The notes: generated by a model not told the origin, from the letters alone. A stretch of 64,000 bases of DNA from Takakia lepidozioides (GCA_030704615.1 CM060731.1:7316001-7380000); one strand, 5' to 3'. Positions 24,673 through 40,000 are shown, numbered from the stretch's first letter. Translations and numbers: made by a program.

Positions 24673-25842
24673 ATGAAAGCTACAGAGAGTATATATCTGT
24701 GCTATTTAAATATTCTGAGAAGCTGAGCGTTGCGTGCAAAGGTGGGTGAGCATGCATCCACTGGTATTCAAGGCTATCAGAGCTCGAAAATACAAGATGT
24801 ATTTGTGGTGAATCTTCAATCCTGTGGTTTGCAGAGTGACGGTCTAAAGTGGCCATGCAATACTAGTTTGTCTGACTGACACTATTCTCCATCGAGTGTG
24901 TTGACCAAGATTGTTTGCCAAAGTTGGATCATATAAGCTCAATTTTGTTCAGGTGGAAGATCTGGTTGAAGGAGAAGGATGAAGAAAGAGTAAAAAGATG
25001 AGGGGTCTAGTGCTAATAGTGAGGGTGTTAGGTTGGGAGATTGAATGTCAAGTTATTCTGGTGAGAATGAGCGAGAAGTTTGAAGAAAGTTTGCTTACAC
25101 CAAAGAGGGTATTATTGATGCAGTTTTCTGGGATAAAGGGTGTGATCTACTTCACGTCTCACATACTCATGCATTCGGGTGCTGGAGATTTGCTAGCAAA
25201 TATTGGAAATGATAATGAATCAGCCTCCATTATGGCCAGTGGGGTCACCTGTTATCTGATGCTTCTGTGCATTGTGATGGCAATGTGGCTCATGAATTGC
25301 TCCGGCCACCGGTACTCTATCTTCCTCTCCCATTTCCCCTGGGCCTCTGAGCCTCCTGTGTAGGTGGTCCCCCTTGTCTCCATAGGGACCCCCATGCCTA
25401 GACTTTTTTCTTTTGTCTCCCTTGACTTGGTCTGGTGTCTGTCTGATACAGCCTCAAAGTCAAATTCACAGGTATTTCAACTTATTAGAGAATGTGGATT
25501 TCTCAAGGGAGGATTGTCTGTCTAATGCTTCCTAGACAGTTCTTCCTCTGTACATCCTATGGGATCCTATTGGGGTAACAGGGTTTGTAAATACAAGGCC
25601 TGGAGCTAGCATGTGGCCAGGAAGGTGTAGCTTTCAGTATAGCTAGCTTTGAATAAATGTGCGATTGCAGCACAATCAAACTTCAAAAGATAGAGAAAGC
25701 AAATATGCCTTTGCAGTGTTCTCTGTGAATTTTTCACATGCTATACGGTCTTTTGACCATAGCTCCAAGAACCATACCCATTTATAGGAATCATGATGTT
25801 TGCTTCCACCACTTATGCCCTCTACCATGATACAGATGGGGC

Positions 25843-28800
25843 ATGTTTCTTACACATAGAGGGAGGATGAGGGCACATAATCAGATCAAATACTATGTGT
25901 GTAGGTTATGGTGCTGCCGCAGACAGGCGCCCCAGGCATGCCAATGGCTAATGACATTTGTAGCATGGTCGGTGCTATTGCTGCTTCTCTGCATGCCATT
26001 TATGGTAAGGGGGAGCCATGATATAATGCAACCTGACACAAACGGAGGTTTGGGGGAGTTGGACAACTGTGATGTTCTGTCCCATGCATCAGAGAGGGAT
26101 CCTTCCTGTGGGAGAAGCAAAAGCTCACTAGTTTCAGAAGGTGTGTCCCATCAATCTTATGTGATACTCAAGGTTTGAGTACCAAACTATAAGTTAACTT
26201 TTTCTAGCTGTTTGTCTTGTTGGAATTTGCATTGAAGTGAGATATCCTTCACCTTCTATGGAATCTCCAGCTCCATAGGTGCAAGTTTCAACCTGTTCTG
26301 ACAGTATGGTTTACACTGTACCTGGTTTCCTTTCTGCTGAAAGAATGGTCAATCGATGAGTAGATGTGCCAATTATATGTTGTGTGTTGTTTGGAAGATC
26401 TTATTGCCGAGTTGAATTGCAGGCTTAGCAGATTTGTCTGGAGTCTCACAAATTCTGGATGCTGGAGGGAGGCTCAAGAAACATAGGAGATCCGCCAGGA
26501 GGCCAACCACCAATAAAGTAAACGAGGAGGAACAAGAAAGGCAACATAATAGCTTTGACTCCTCTGTAGAAGTAAGTGGTGTAGGGACACGGGGAGAAGT
26601 ACTCTCCCATGTTACAGCAATTAGTGGTATAGCAGAGATTCCAGCGGAGGCAAGCTCTGAACAAAATCTTTGCAAAGGCTTAAGACGGGTAGGGACTGGA
26701 GTGGTATGTGCCGCCGCGCTCTCTGGGCTGGATTCCGAGGCACATTCTCAAACTTCAGGGCGATCTCAAATGGGGGCTTCTATATTTCAAGGCTCTCCAT
26801 TTTCAGACCCTTATGTAGCAGTAGTCCCCCCCTTCTTGGAGTGGGGCCACCAGCCATTGTTCCAGCTGTTGATAGCTCCGTTAACCATTGTTAATAACTG
26901 CAATAGCTCAAAATTAACAGTTTATCCTCCATTTAGCACCAATGCACAATTTTATGCCTCTGGCTTTGAAGAGATTGAGGTTGCTCCTAATGGAGAGCTG
27001 TTGGTTCCCATAGTATTCTTTCCCCAGTACACAGGGATCACTGAAGGCTTGCTGGTTGTGCAAACAAGTGTCGGAGGGTTCCTTGTGCGGATGAAGGGGG
27101 AAGGTATTGGATCTCCTTCCAGGTTGCAACCAATGCTGGGGCTTCGGACAACATTGGGAGAGCGACTTTCGCATGTTATCTCCCTGTACAACCCATTTGA
27201 TGAGACCCTCATGGTTGAAGAAATATTCTCCTCGCTTGTCTCCAACACTGGATCCGCCCATGAAGCAGGGGAACTCAGGAAGAAAGAAGAGGCTGGAAAT
27301 GTTGGAATAAGTGAGCCCCTTTTTTCAGCTCAGTCCCAGCCAGAAACTGAGAAGGCAACCAATAGTGGAGGGGCACTGCATATGCGAGCAGCTGGGTCAT
27401 GGGAAATAGTGCCCCATTCAAGCCAGGCTATTGTAGAATTTGATTTGGTGTCTGAAGAAGAGGGATTTGAAGGATTGGTTCACATCCGGTTTTCCCGCAT
27501 CTCACAGGACAATGTGGACAATACTTTGGTCCTACCAGTGAATGTCCATGTGGGTCAATCAGATGCAAGTCAACGGCCCATTTGGCCAGTGCCTGGTGTC
27601 CTTGATTTTGGAATGTTGGTTGGGGAAGAACACACAAGTATACAAGCTCTGGTTCTTCACAATTCCGGTGATGAATTGGTGCAGGTAAGTTTATTTCCTT
27701 ATCTTCAAGAAATTGGGCACAATTGTCAGCAGATCATCCTTTATCGGGAGACAAACTTCCACAAAGTTTCCTGTTGACAGTTCTTAAAGATTTCTGGTTG
27801 ACTCACCCATGCCGGTAGTTGTTGAAGGCAGTGGTAGGCTAGCAGCTTACAAATGCTTTAACTTGTTGAAGTGCTGAATACCTGTGAGAGGAACATCTCT
27901 ACCTTCCTCATAGACTGCAGAATTTCCTAGATCCATGATTTGTATGAGTGGCTTAAGAGGAATCTGGTTACACTTGTGAAACCAAAGTCTTTAAAGGCAG
28001 TAGTCAAATCATACTTTTGACAACTTTTTGTGGGGTGGCTAGTTGTTTCTGGGGAATGTGCTGGAATTTGATTAAATTAGTGGTTGAGCCATGTCCCAGC
28101 ATGTTCATATTAACATGAATAGCAGGTTTGACGGGTGAAGGGAACAAATGGTTGCTGTGCAGATAGAGGAGATTTACAAGCTCTCGGGAGACCCAAATGT
28201 GGCGGGAATCCGTTATCAAAGAGGGCTTGTACTACTTCCAGGTAGTGAGACAGAGGTCGCGACAATCACTTACAAGGGTATCAAGGAGAGGCAGCTAGAT
28301 CTTTCTTCTGGAACTGGTCATCTCTATGGGGATGATCATATCTTAATGGTTCGTACCAACAGCACTGGGTGCCCACAAATAGAGGTTCCATATCGAGCTC
28401 TAGTCTTAGATGGGTTAGTGGAGTGCCAACCCTCCCATTCGTTTCTGGGGATTCTCACAACAAGCATGGGTCAGATGGGTGGGAATTTGGATGCATTGGA
28501 GGCTTCAGAAGAGAGCCAGCCAATACAGGAGGTGCTATCTGGGAGTGACTTTAGTTTACCCTTTGGATTTTGTAAGATTCAAAGGCTGGTGAATTTTCCA
28601 AGTCAACTTCCAATGGTGTGTATAGAAGGGGGAGAACAGACAGACTACAAAACAATTGTGCTCGGCTTGTCAATCTTCGCTCTTTTGGTAGGAGTGGTGG
28701 TCATTTTCTGGATGCTTCTTCAGGAGATGGGGATTACCACATTATCAGTTGAGGAGTCGTCTTTGACTACTGGTGTCAAGAATGCTCCGCAGCAAAAGGC

Positions 28801-30763
28801 TTCTGGTCGTGTTGGTCCCTTGCTTGGGACTGGGCCCAGTCGAAACCAAGATGGAGTTAGCAAATTTAAAAGCTTAGCAGCAGCCCTGGGGTCAGCATTG
28901 GGAACCAGGAATGGCAGTCCCTCCTCTCCCCAGTTAAATCTTTCTCGAATCAGGGTCAAAGTTTCCAACTCGTCTTCTCTGGTCACACCTCAATGTTTGA
29001 AGTCGAATGGTGTGGCGAATACAAAAGAACCTGGTGGTCGGAAAGGGAACTCTGACAAGAAATGCAGCAGAGCTTCTCAGTCAGACTATCAGGGTGATGC
29101 AAAAAACAGCTGCATGCTGATGGATGTACCAGTGTGCGTTCGGGAGATGTTACAGGCAAGTGTCAAACAGCCACCTCTTCCAAGGTCTCCAAAGGGAGGA
29201 GTATCTCCAGGAAAATCCCCCTCTTTCTATGGAGCGTCGGAACATGATCTAGTACCCACACTGGTCTCCGGGCCTGCCCCAGGATTCTCCATGCAGGGTG
29301 CTCTGAAAAAAGGGGCAATCCCCTTCAGGCAGGCCTTCTCTCATAAGCCTCAGCCTCTGTCGTCTCGGTCACAACTGCAGCCTACCACCACTGGTGATAA
29401 GGAAAGGAGCAGGCGAAAGAAGAAGAGGGGGTCTCTCCATCCAATGAAGCAAGATACTGGCTCCAACCAGGGCACCAGTGGTGGTTCATCCCCATCCTCC
29501 CCAGCCTCTCCCGTGACACCTGCCAGTCCCGCTAGACCCATGAGCCCCCTCTTTCCCTCTGAAACTAGTTCATTTTCGGACCACACATCCATGCTGCGGG
29601 CATGCTTGACCCCTGGTTCTGATAAACACGCTATAAGTTTGACCCCACTTACAAAACTTGACGTGGAAGATGTGGGTGATCCCAAGGACTTAAGTAGTTC
29701 ACAACTGTTTGTAAGTCCAGAATGTCTGAGCATCGACTCCACCAGCACTGTATTTCAGCAGATGACACAAGCCAAACTTGTTGATTTGAAATGGAAACAG
29801 GAGACAGACATTGGAAAGAGAGCTGCCAGTAATGAGGGGGTTCCTGTAACTTGCAATCCATGGGCAGGCTCTCCTAAAGGACATGGCATTGAGGAGGAGA
29901 GCTCTCTGCATAAGAGAATGCACCGGGCTGCAAGTATGTGTGGGCAGCTGGGTGGTTCACAGGCTTTAATACCGTCTGCCACTTTTCCGCGTCGCAGTGC
30001 TGCAAGCATAGGGGGGAACTGTTTACCAATAGAGACTGGTAATTCAACTTGGGCTCAACGCATTTGTGGGAGCTCGAAGTCCTTTTCAGCACCAGCAATT
30101 CCTCCCAAGGCTCGGGCTCCAGGAGCCAAGGTTGCACTGCGATCTTCTGGGCAAAGTATTAGTGAAGTTGATTGCCATAGTGAAAGGGCTAGCACAGGCC
30201 TCGCAGGTGGCTGGAGCAGTGGCCTTGGGCTGACTTTCAACCCTGAACTCAGTGTTACAAGTGAGAAGATTTGGGGAGCAGGAGGTGAATCCTCTCCAGT
30301 GGGCTCTCCGGAAGAGTCTGGGGAGTTGGTGTATGATATATGGGGAGACCATTTTGGGGAGATGAGTCGCTCTGGCACCCACCACCAGCAGGCTGTTCTG
30401 GTAGGGCCGGAGAAGGATGTTGACCCAGTGGCCAGTTTGCACAGGCTCCTGGTGCCCGAGGACTCCGAAAGCCTCTTCTCAGGGCCGGTTTTTGTAAGCC
30501 CCTCAGGGGCATGCAATATTGGACCAGCAGGAAGCCCTCCCTTATCACCAGCATCATGGAATGATTTTCCTAGAAATCACCATGTCCCTGGAGCTGTTGA
30601 GAGAAGCACAGTAATTGGCAGGTCTGGTGTGGGATCAAATAGAGTGGTACCAGCTGTAAATGGCAAGGCCCGGGTGAGGACTCCTTACTCTCCACCCATG
30701 GGAGGTATATCCGCAGAGGCATACAGCCCACCTATGGGGGCTCAAAAGTGGGCTGGCAGGTGA
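25843..30763 (+). CDS. TMEM131-like protein (3 exons: 25843-26140, 26423-27684, 28163-30763)
   Basis: PPFLEWGHQPLF...NNCN...PFSTNAQFY...FFP...VQTSVGGFLV...GSP matches the TMEM131 N-terminal domain. Also an N-terminal hydrophobic signal, a TM segment IVLGLSIFALLVGVVVIFWML, a basic RRKKKR patch and the plant C-terminal YDIWGDHF. Splice phases are compatible. Confidence 0.85.
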
Positions 30764-31600
30764 CAGATCATGTTCCTTGTGGTCCAATGGCAGCAGCAGT
30801 CAGGAAGAGGCCTGTACTGGTATCCCAGTTCACATGTACAGTTGAGACTCTCTCTGTGAAAATCATTGATCTTATTCTACTTTGCAGATGGAATCTCTGT
30901 CAACAAATCAAGCTGGAAAAGGAGAGTCCTTTTCACATGCCAGCTTCCCAGCCCCTCAATGGGGGCAGTCACACAAAGATCCTCCCACCTCCCTTTGTGA
31001 AATGAAACATTATGTACAGTTCCCACCTCTGTAATTGTTCACTCCTGGTCATTGAGGTCATTGCTGAGAAATTCTGCCAAGAAAAACACGGGAGCATGAT
31101 CGAGAAGATAGAGATGTGGAATTCATGGACTAACTTACTAACAAGCAAACTGAAGACAGTGTGTCAGCAGCTGCATCCCATTGTACACAGACGGAGTTCG
31201 GACACTCTCACTATATGAACTAAATTGCTTTGTTGGTAAATGCTGGAGTACATCTCATGCTCCATCGCTTCCTTTCAATCAAGTACATGAGGGGAATAAC
31301 TTAACCCTAAAAAGTTCCTGCTACTGAGTTGTTTCTTATTAAACTAGTGAACTGCTCTGTATGGTTAGCAAACGGCAGTGCCACGTGGGTTGGCGGGGAG
31401 GAAGTGGCCTGGTGAGCATTCTGTGAGAGTGTGCGGGGGGATAGGAAACGGGGTGCGCGGGGAATGCGAGGGAATGTGAATGTGAGCAAGGATGAGAGTT
31501 GCGAGGATTGCGAGGGGAATGTGAGGGAAGGATGGAGGATTACGGTCGGAGAGTGAGAGGGGGATTTGCTGGTTACCATGGGCCTGCCCTGCCTTGAGCA

Positions 31601-33223
31601 ATGCGCTCTTGTCGACTAGGGGGTGCAGGACGGGCGCCCAATGCGGCCGATTCCTACATAGGCAGCCTCATTAGTCTCACAGCTAAGAGTGAGATTCGCT
31701 ATGAGGGCATTCTGTACACTGTGGATGCCGAGAATTCCAATGTTGCGCTGCAAAATGGTGCGTCTATGTCATATTCATCTGTATCTTTGGTGGTTCGGCG
31801 TATAATTCTTGCTCTTTTTTAATGTTTGTTGAGGTGGAAAGGTTGTTTTGAGTTGTCCGATGATGGCTGGAGGGATCTCAAAGGTTTTCAGCCGGAATTT
31901 ACGCTGGATCACCCGGATGAGTAGTTCTTCAGTTCTTGTCGAGCTATCTAGATGTGGGGAGTTCATTTTGTACAAGTTACGTGACAGCTTTTCTATAGAA
32001 GTTCTTTGTCATGTTATGGTAGCAGGGCCCGATTGGTTGGGAAATCTTTCTTTATGCGGCTGTTTTCCTACTTTTCCTAGACTCTCCAACCTGTCTCTTG
32101 TATGATTGTGTGTTTCTTAGGCGTAACTCGTTCTTGTCTCAAGGGCCATTCTCTGTGGAGGTCCTGTCCGAGCCCCTGGTGCTCATACCCATAATATCCA
32201 AGGTTTGAAAGATAATCTTAACCTACCACCCAAATACACTACACCTCTACTACGAGCGTTGCATTTCACGGCTATTTCATCACTCACATCCCTAATCCTC
32301 AATAAACGTAAGATTGAAAGTGGCCAGCTAGCCACTGTGTGATAGGTTACGGTTCAGATAGAGCCCACCCCTGAAAGGGGGCAGTACCCGCAAGGGGAAG
32401 AGGCTCTTATTTACGCTAGCTTCGGTTGGCGTCATATATATATATATGGGAATGTGCACACCTGGCGCGAAACAACCTTCACCTATAGCATATTTCCAAT
32501 GAAATCTCTGTGTCAAGGAAATGAAGGGAAGGGAAGGGAGAGAGTTCATATGTTTTACCACACTTGACTCTGCATCTACAGTTTTGGTAGGATGTCTGAC
32601 TTTGTTTCAGTCTGTTAGCACTCCAATGTGCGTAAGTACTTCTGCAATTTTCTAGAAATGATGTTAATGAATCCATCTCAGAAGATAGGGATTCAGTCAG
32701 TGCCTGGTTGTTTTTAGTTGGCTCCATGAGTCCATTGAAGTGACTCTCAAAATAAGATCTGTTAGGGTAAGTAGAGGATTCTTACGTGATTACCTGGCGG
32801 AATGCTTGTGAACTGTTCTGGATACATTCCAACTGGAACTATAAAGTGTTATTCTGACTGCAGGATTGATAGGGCCTGAAGGTTATCTCATTGTGTACAT
32901 TGCTTCTTAATGTGGAGGAACCAACTGGCTAACAAGTTTGTCATTGGTCACTTCTTCCTAGGGCTCATGTCACTGTTTTTCATTTCATGCATGTGTAATG
33001 TTAGAGATCACTAATGTTCCACTAAATATCTTATGTTGAGGCAATCTCAGAGACTGCCACACAAGGCAATGTGACATTTTATGCTCAAAGCTTGCTTACT
33101 TGTGGGTGATGGTTGCTTGCAGTACGTTCATTCGGGACAGAGGGCCGTAAGAAGGATGGGCCCCAGATCCCAGCCAGTGACAAAGTCTATGACTACATCA
33201 GTTTCCAAGGATCTGACATCAAG
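31601..33223 (+). CDS. LSM14/DCP5 N-terminal LSm domain exons (31601-31758, 33123-33223)
   Basis: [26 protein letters not shown]...VALQN|[34 protein letters not shown]. No DCP5 DFDF/FFD/TFG exons were seen downstream. Confidence 0.85.
32360..32436 (+). repeat. Structured short repeat copy (best preserved), intronic
   Basis: AGAGCC CAC CCCT-GAAA-GGGG GCAGTA CCC-GCAA-GGG GAAGA GGCTCT TATTT ACGCTAGC-TTCG-GTTGGCGT CATA(TA)n. Confidence 0.85.
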
Positions 33224-34059
33224 GTGGATATAATCAAACTTCCAGACATTCTGCCATGTGGGATAAATTTAACAGATGGTGCTTATGGCCATCATGCAAC
33301 TGTGTGTAGATCAGCAAGGGTGTAAAAATAGGTCACTCCAGGCCTTCTTTAGCAATGGAAGGTCAAAGTGATCCATGAAACTATCACTTTGACGGTGACA
33401 GTGGGTGCTCTTTGCTACCTGATTTGAGCAGGATTTTTAAGCTAAGGTCTGCATTTGTGGCAAGTGGACTGCAAGTTTTGGTGCATTGTACCATAAGAAC
33501 CAGCCTGTGTGCTTGAAATTGGCTTACTAAGAGGACAACTGACTTGGCCACACAGCCAGATATGCAGTGTGTTATGCTAGCTTATATATTACCGAAGCCT
33601 TATCATAATTAATCTAGTGGGGAGAGTTCCATGCAGGAAATGCCACAGTTTTGTGATGCTGAACTTCCAAGAGCCAACTCTGCTCCCAGTCTCAGTCAGC
33701 CTCCTTCAATGAAATTCAAAGACAGAAAGACTCGGCCATTGACAAATAGGAGGATTATGTACACCCATTCATCAACTAGCCACCTTGAGGTCCAAATCTG
33801 CCTTTACTATTCACAACCAGATTTCTTAAGAGATTGTAATGTTTTCCAGCCAAACATTGACTTCCGCACCTTGGTGTTGACAGCCTCCCTACGGACGCCC
33901 CTTGGCTGCAGTTTTGATCTGTCTTAAATCCTCGTTGGAAGAAGTCTTTTGCAACTTGCGATCCATCCCTTGAAAGACATAATACTGCATGGATGTTTTC
34001 TGCAAGAACCATAGCCCTTCAACAGCTGAATTTGAAACCATGCATGTGCATATTTGCAG

Positions 34060-37000
34060 AAGGATCTGAAGGACCTCTCACTGCAAGATCTGCTCACGGT
34101 GGCTAAACAACTTCGGCACCCATCCACCACAACACTGCGTTTCTTCGTCAATACCGACCAACGATCAAATGGTACTCCCTCTCCCTCCCAATCTTCTACA
34201 GGGCTTTATCTGGACCCTCTCTCATGGCAGTAATTGTCTTCCTTTCCTCATATCTGTGTGTGTTTCGGATATGTAGGAGGTTACTTTTGTTTTGGGACAA
34301 GAATTTTTAGGATGAACATCACTAAGGTTGTGTCTTTTTCATCGACAGTCAATCGGCGCTTCAATTGGGTGGATCAACGGACCACTGATGCTTTGTTCGT
34401 TTTCACCAAGTGAGCTCTCTTTCTTTCTTCACGCTCTACCACGACCACATCCTCCATTTTTCTCCTCTACATGTCCAGGCCAAACACCAACCATCGCCGA
34501 CTCCTGCTCTTTGGGACCATCTCTCCTCCTTCCCAGCCAGATACTACACTCATATAGATATGGCTGTAGTGGGGGAGAAATGTCTCTCCCCAGAAGGTGA
34601 CATTCTGCAAGAGAGGCAATGCCACTGGATGGCATGGCTTCAGAAGGGCACCTTACACATGCATGAAGAGCTCAAAGAAACTGGGCCACTCTTCAAAGGC
34701 GTCTATCTGCAAATATAGCAACTCTAGAGGTGGACATGGTGAGTACCATCTATTCCATCTTTGAGAGTGAAGATCAGTTGGATTGAGGCAAGCAAATGAT
34801 CATATTGTTTACTTCCAAATGGGGAGACTATTGGATGAAGTGAGTGCGATCCAACTCAGCTCTTAGACAGAATGGGAGTGGTGCAAAGGGCTGGGAAGGT
34901 TTTCGATGACTAGCCTTTATCTGCAGGATTGAGGGGGACAAGAATGAAACATGCTACAAAGCCTGTCTCATTCTAGAGCCTCCCTCCTGGATCAAGTGAA
35001 CAGTAAGACTGCTACCATTGTTCTGGTCATCAGCTGGAGATTTTTTTGAGGATGCACGTGACATTAGAGGGTGATGAACGTCTCCACTCTCACCCATACT
35101 CCTATATTGAGGTAAAGGCAGAGACGGCATCTGTTCTTCTCAAGACCCGTGCTGTTTGTCGATGAAATTGGCCTTGTTAGCCTACAGTCCCTTGGGACTC
35201 CATGATTGTAAGCTTGGTGTTGCAGAGGAGTTGCCACAGCAGCTTTGATTGCAGGTGAGGGCATGCTCTGCAAGTCATGAAATCCTGGTAGTGAACTCTT
35301 ACACCGATCTGAGAGTGATTGCATATTATGCACCCTCCCCACGAGATGATCAAGTGGTGGCACAGACAGATTGAGACTTTCGGGGAAATGCAGCTAGCTC
35401 TACATCAGAGACAGTTTCATCTGAAGTGCTATTTCCATTCAATCGTATAAAAATGGATCTTACTGTGGGGGGGGGAAGCTACAAAATTCAAGTGAGGAAG
35501 TTTCTGGAATCGCCGCTTATATGAGTGATTGTGGGAGGGGCACCACAGCGTTGAAACTCTTGGAGTGGAGCTCGACTGTCTCATTGAAGTTTGAGGCTTG
35601 ATTCCAGATCATCTTTCTAGACAGGCCCCGCTTGCCACCGGGTCATTGGGTGCCTGCAAGATTTCTTACCCTCAGTGAAACTACCAAGAGAGGTTCCCTC
35701 TTGATCGAGGAGAGAATTTGGCCAGCTTGCACCATGCAGGAGGTGGAGACTGAACTCCATTATTTTTCCTCCCACTCACTGAAGTATGAAATTAGTTCCG
35801 ACTCATAGATTGCTCACTTCAGAGTCCCTAGAGTACAAACACCATAGAAGCTTGGTCTACATACCTGAATGAGGTACTCCACCTCAAGGAGTTGGTAGGT
35901 TGATGGTGAGCTCCAGACTGGCAACTGTTGTTCGCTTGATTGTGCCATGAGCTTTTTCAGCTCTGGACAATATTTTTTCTTTCTTTCGTTCTTTTTCCCC
36001 TCTCGTGTCTACAAGGTTACAGTACAACCATGCCCTCAAAGACAGGGAATTATTATCAATGGGTGTATTCTCTCGTGCTAGTCCCTAGTTTGGGGTAGGT
36101 TGACACATTCATGAATAATGTCAGTTTCCATGGGTTCAACCAGCAGGTGGTAGCCCATAGGGTAAAGTATTTCAGGCTTTGAACTTACAACTTCCACTAT
36201 CCATTATGATGCCAATACTTATTCAATGAGTATTTGATTGTTCTGATACATAAAACATTGGCCCCATGGGCCTTTTGGCACTTTGTCAGGGCATTGGCGC
36301 GGGCCATAGAAGGATGGATGCAGCAGCTAGAGCTGGGGTTGTGCTTGTGGAATCGAGACCTTCAACTTCTATCAGATGCTCTAAGTACACACAACTTCAC
36401 TTTTCACACAGCTGCTAAAAGTACTTTTAAGACCCATGTGACATAAAACTCTCTTCAAGAATGGAAGATGGGAAGCCCAGGAAGGATAATGTATGAAAAG
36501 GGAAATAGAAAGACACTTCATAGAAGATGACTTAGTCACATGTTTGTAATATTTTATGGTTGAAGCAGTTTGGATTTGAAGAGCATGCTATGGGTCTGCT
36601 TGCAGCTTGCACCAAAACACTCCGGCGACTTTCTTTGGCTAACAGTGGACTAGGAGATGTCAGGCTTCAAATCCTGGTCAGTTGAAGTGACACGGAAACA
36701 TAAAATCAAAATTGTTGCACACTTCATGAGTGTTTGAGATAGCAACAGGGTGGATTACTCATGGTCTCTCTAAGTTTCTGTAGTCTCTTCAATATGCAAA
36801 AAGTGTGATCACTGTGAACCCTTACAAATGGCTCACTACGACCATATGAAGAGCGAACAACAAAACTGCCCCAAGACCTTCCTCACTGAGATGTAACAGG
36901 TCTTTGCCACAGCCTACTCTGTTGTTGTTCAAAACCTTGGAGTTGTCCATGTCCTGATCTTCCCCTGTTGCTGTTCCTTTTTATGTAGTTCTGGAGGCTT

Positions 37001-40000
37001 GTTGGTCATTCAATTTTTTCCTCTGACCTGGCAACATCATCACAAACTGATGCAAGACGCAAAGAAGAGGAAACTTAAGGTGTTTGAAATGCTTTTCCTG
37101 GGCATGCAGTCCAGAAGTCTGCGAGAATGTGTACCACTGCAGACCCTGAGTTTGTCAGGATGCGCACTTTCGGATGCAAGTGTGTCTGTCATTACGAACA
37201 TTGTTAAGGTTGGCCATGCTTACAAGCACCTCTTTAATCTACATGGAGGTCATTGGTCTGAAAACTGAGAGTCTGGTGATGGATAACATTTCCTTTTGGC
37301 TCTCAAAACACCTGTGGTGCGGGGAAGATGGGAAGTAAAACCCCAGATCAGATCCAAACCTGAGGTGTGACAAGCAGTAGGTGAATTACATATTACTGGT
37401 TGTAGAAATGGTTCAGGGTTTAGATTCAAAGAAGAAATTGGGTATAAGTGGCCAGTGACTCTTTATTGTGTATTTGCTGATCATGCTGAGGCGAAGTGAT
37501 GTAAGAACACCACATGCATGGATAGTACTGCAACTGTATGATCATTTCAGTTTCAACAAGTACAGGTCATGTAGACTTCTGAGAGAGGAGCAATGGAGTA
37601 GGCAAGAGGCTCTTAGGTTTTTCCAAATTTGTCTGTGTTGAGTGTGAAACAAGGAGTAAGAGGGGAGCTGGGATGTGCAGAGCAGTGTCTGCCGAAAGGC
37701 AGATGCAGACTGGCAGGCCAGCCTCCGGGGGCCAATAATCTGCAATCGCCTGAGTGTCGTGCCAAAGCTGGTTATCAAGGAGGGGCAGGGCCTAAGTGCT
37801 CTTGATATCTCGTATAATGCCTTCACTGACACTCTTGCTGAGGAGATATGCCCCGTCTTGCGCTTGGGAGCCCCACTTGATGGTAAGTATACTTCTCCTG
37901 AATGATAATGATCTTGCATAGAGAAAGATGAAGATTGCTTGACATTTCTGCGACAAAATTCAGATGTCAGGTGACTTTGAAACACGTCTGTTGCCAACTT
38001 TCTAATGCATGCAGTTGAAATCATTGAAAACAGTAAGGAAAATTTACAACTGATGTAGCGATCATCTGATTATATCTCTGGATGTTGGTTGGCGATGTTG
38101 GTGGTGTGCATGGCTACAACCAAACCAAAGCTTTGAATTTGCAAAGTAACCGGCTAACACAGTTGGGAGCAAAGTACTTCATGGATGTGATGAAAGAGAT
38201 AGGAGTGCTGCGACTGGTGGACCTGCGTGACAACACCGACGAGCCTTCCTTGGGAGTTCTTGAGTGTGGAGAGCACTACACCACATTCTCCAATTCTGCG
38301 CCCCCTTTTTGGCTCCATACATCACCCAACACTGAGTGCCATGCTGCTAATAAACATCACAGCAAGGTTACTCCTAGAAGAGTGTTTTCCAAGTACACAT
38401 TCTCAGGCCAGGGAAGAACCAGCGAGGGTCTCCAAGTCATTAAGATCGAGGGGGGAATGACAAGTCGCAATAGCCCTCGTTCAGTAATCTCCAGCAATAG
38501 ACTGCATCCGCGTCCAAAATCTGCTCCTGAATTCAATGGGAAGTCTCATAAAATTCCATCCTTTGCACATGTGTTGCCCAGGTATATGGAAGGTCATCAG
38601 TTTGCAGAAAGTAAGAAAAGGTCCTCGACACCTTCGGCAAAGGGAAACTGTCCAAGACAGTCTGGAAGGGAGACGCCCAGTACAGAGAAGAGTCGGACCG
38701 AGATGCATCGGCGGTGTTCCAGCAGTGACAAGACATCGGATTCTGAAGGGAACTCGAGGGTCTCTTGTTTCGGGCCCTCTGTATCTCAAACCTCGACGAG
38801 TCCTAGGGACCTCGCTCCGTGGGACCAAAATGACAGCCGAAGACAGCACACGCAACCTCCAACACACAACTGCTTTCCTCCTCCCACTCGACCTCCTCGT
38901 TTGACCTACAATGAACTTTACGAATTTGATTTGGACGACAATGATGCATCCAGCAGCGATTGCTTTGCCCAGTCCGTGGCAGAAAGGGGAGGAGATAAAA
39001 GCAAATACCGTTCTGGCTTTCCAAGACCTAGGCAGGTTTCTTTCCGGAAAGTGAGTTCGATAGCATCCCCCAATGTGGGATTCAGGGATGATGCAGAGGG
39101 ACGGGGAAGGAGATTAAAAAGACAGTCCAGGGCATCAAAGCTGACCCGCGTGCCTAACAAAAGACAAGCGAGCATGATCAAAGCTGACAAGCTCCAGGAA
39201 AAGCAACGGAAAATTCCTGTGGAGAGGTTATCCAAGCTTCCTGAAGAGCAAAAGTGTCCATCAACACTGGAAGACAAAGAAGATGCAGAGTGGAATAACT
39301 TCATGATAGAGATGACTGACACCCTCTTCAACCTAAAAGGTAGAAAATTGTAGCTCCTGGATGCATTTCTGCTGTGTCATTAGAGGTATGCCTTAGTTTT
39401 CCACCACAGGATTGAAGTGGAAGGGCGTGTGAGGGTGCAGAGAGAGAAACTGTCACACCAGAACATCACACATGAGAGATGCGTGTATTATGTATGCCAA
39501 GATAATCCATGCGGCCTGCAGCAATGATACGTACACGGAAACGGAACTACTTTAGACTTCAAGACTCTAAATTTCTTTGAGTGTCGATCAAATTCAAGCC
39601 CTCTCGTGTTGCACAAGGAGGCCTTCATCTAGGTCACTCACTTCTGAGCCTGTAATTCGACTTCCCACCTCGCAAAACCTGTCGTCGTGATACTCTCTAA
39701 TTCAGCTTGTTAGAAGTATTACGCATCCGCAACCAACCACTCAGACAAAGACGATTCACAATTTACCAAAACAAACCTTTGTCACAAGACTGGGGGCTTG
39801 GACTATGCCCAATTTCTCTCCTACTAAATCAAGCAGGGCTGACCAATTTTATAGTGATACTCACCCAATAGAAGTGACTTGGTCATAATCCATTTGGTTT
39901 CAGCCTTAAGCAAGCGCCAGACCAGAAACTAGCTCAATGACTCTGGGATGCACCTCATAATTGACTTCCCTTGGTGTTTAGACTTTCTTTCACTTCACAA

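Noticed and set aside
28720-30557. Multiple antisense ORFs over TMEM131-like exon 3
   Set aside because: These are shadow frames of a long GC-balanced exon with no independent evidence.
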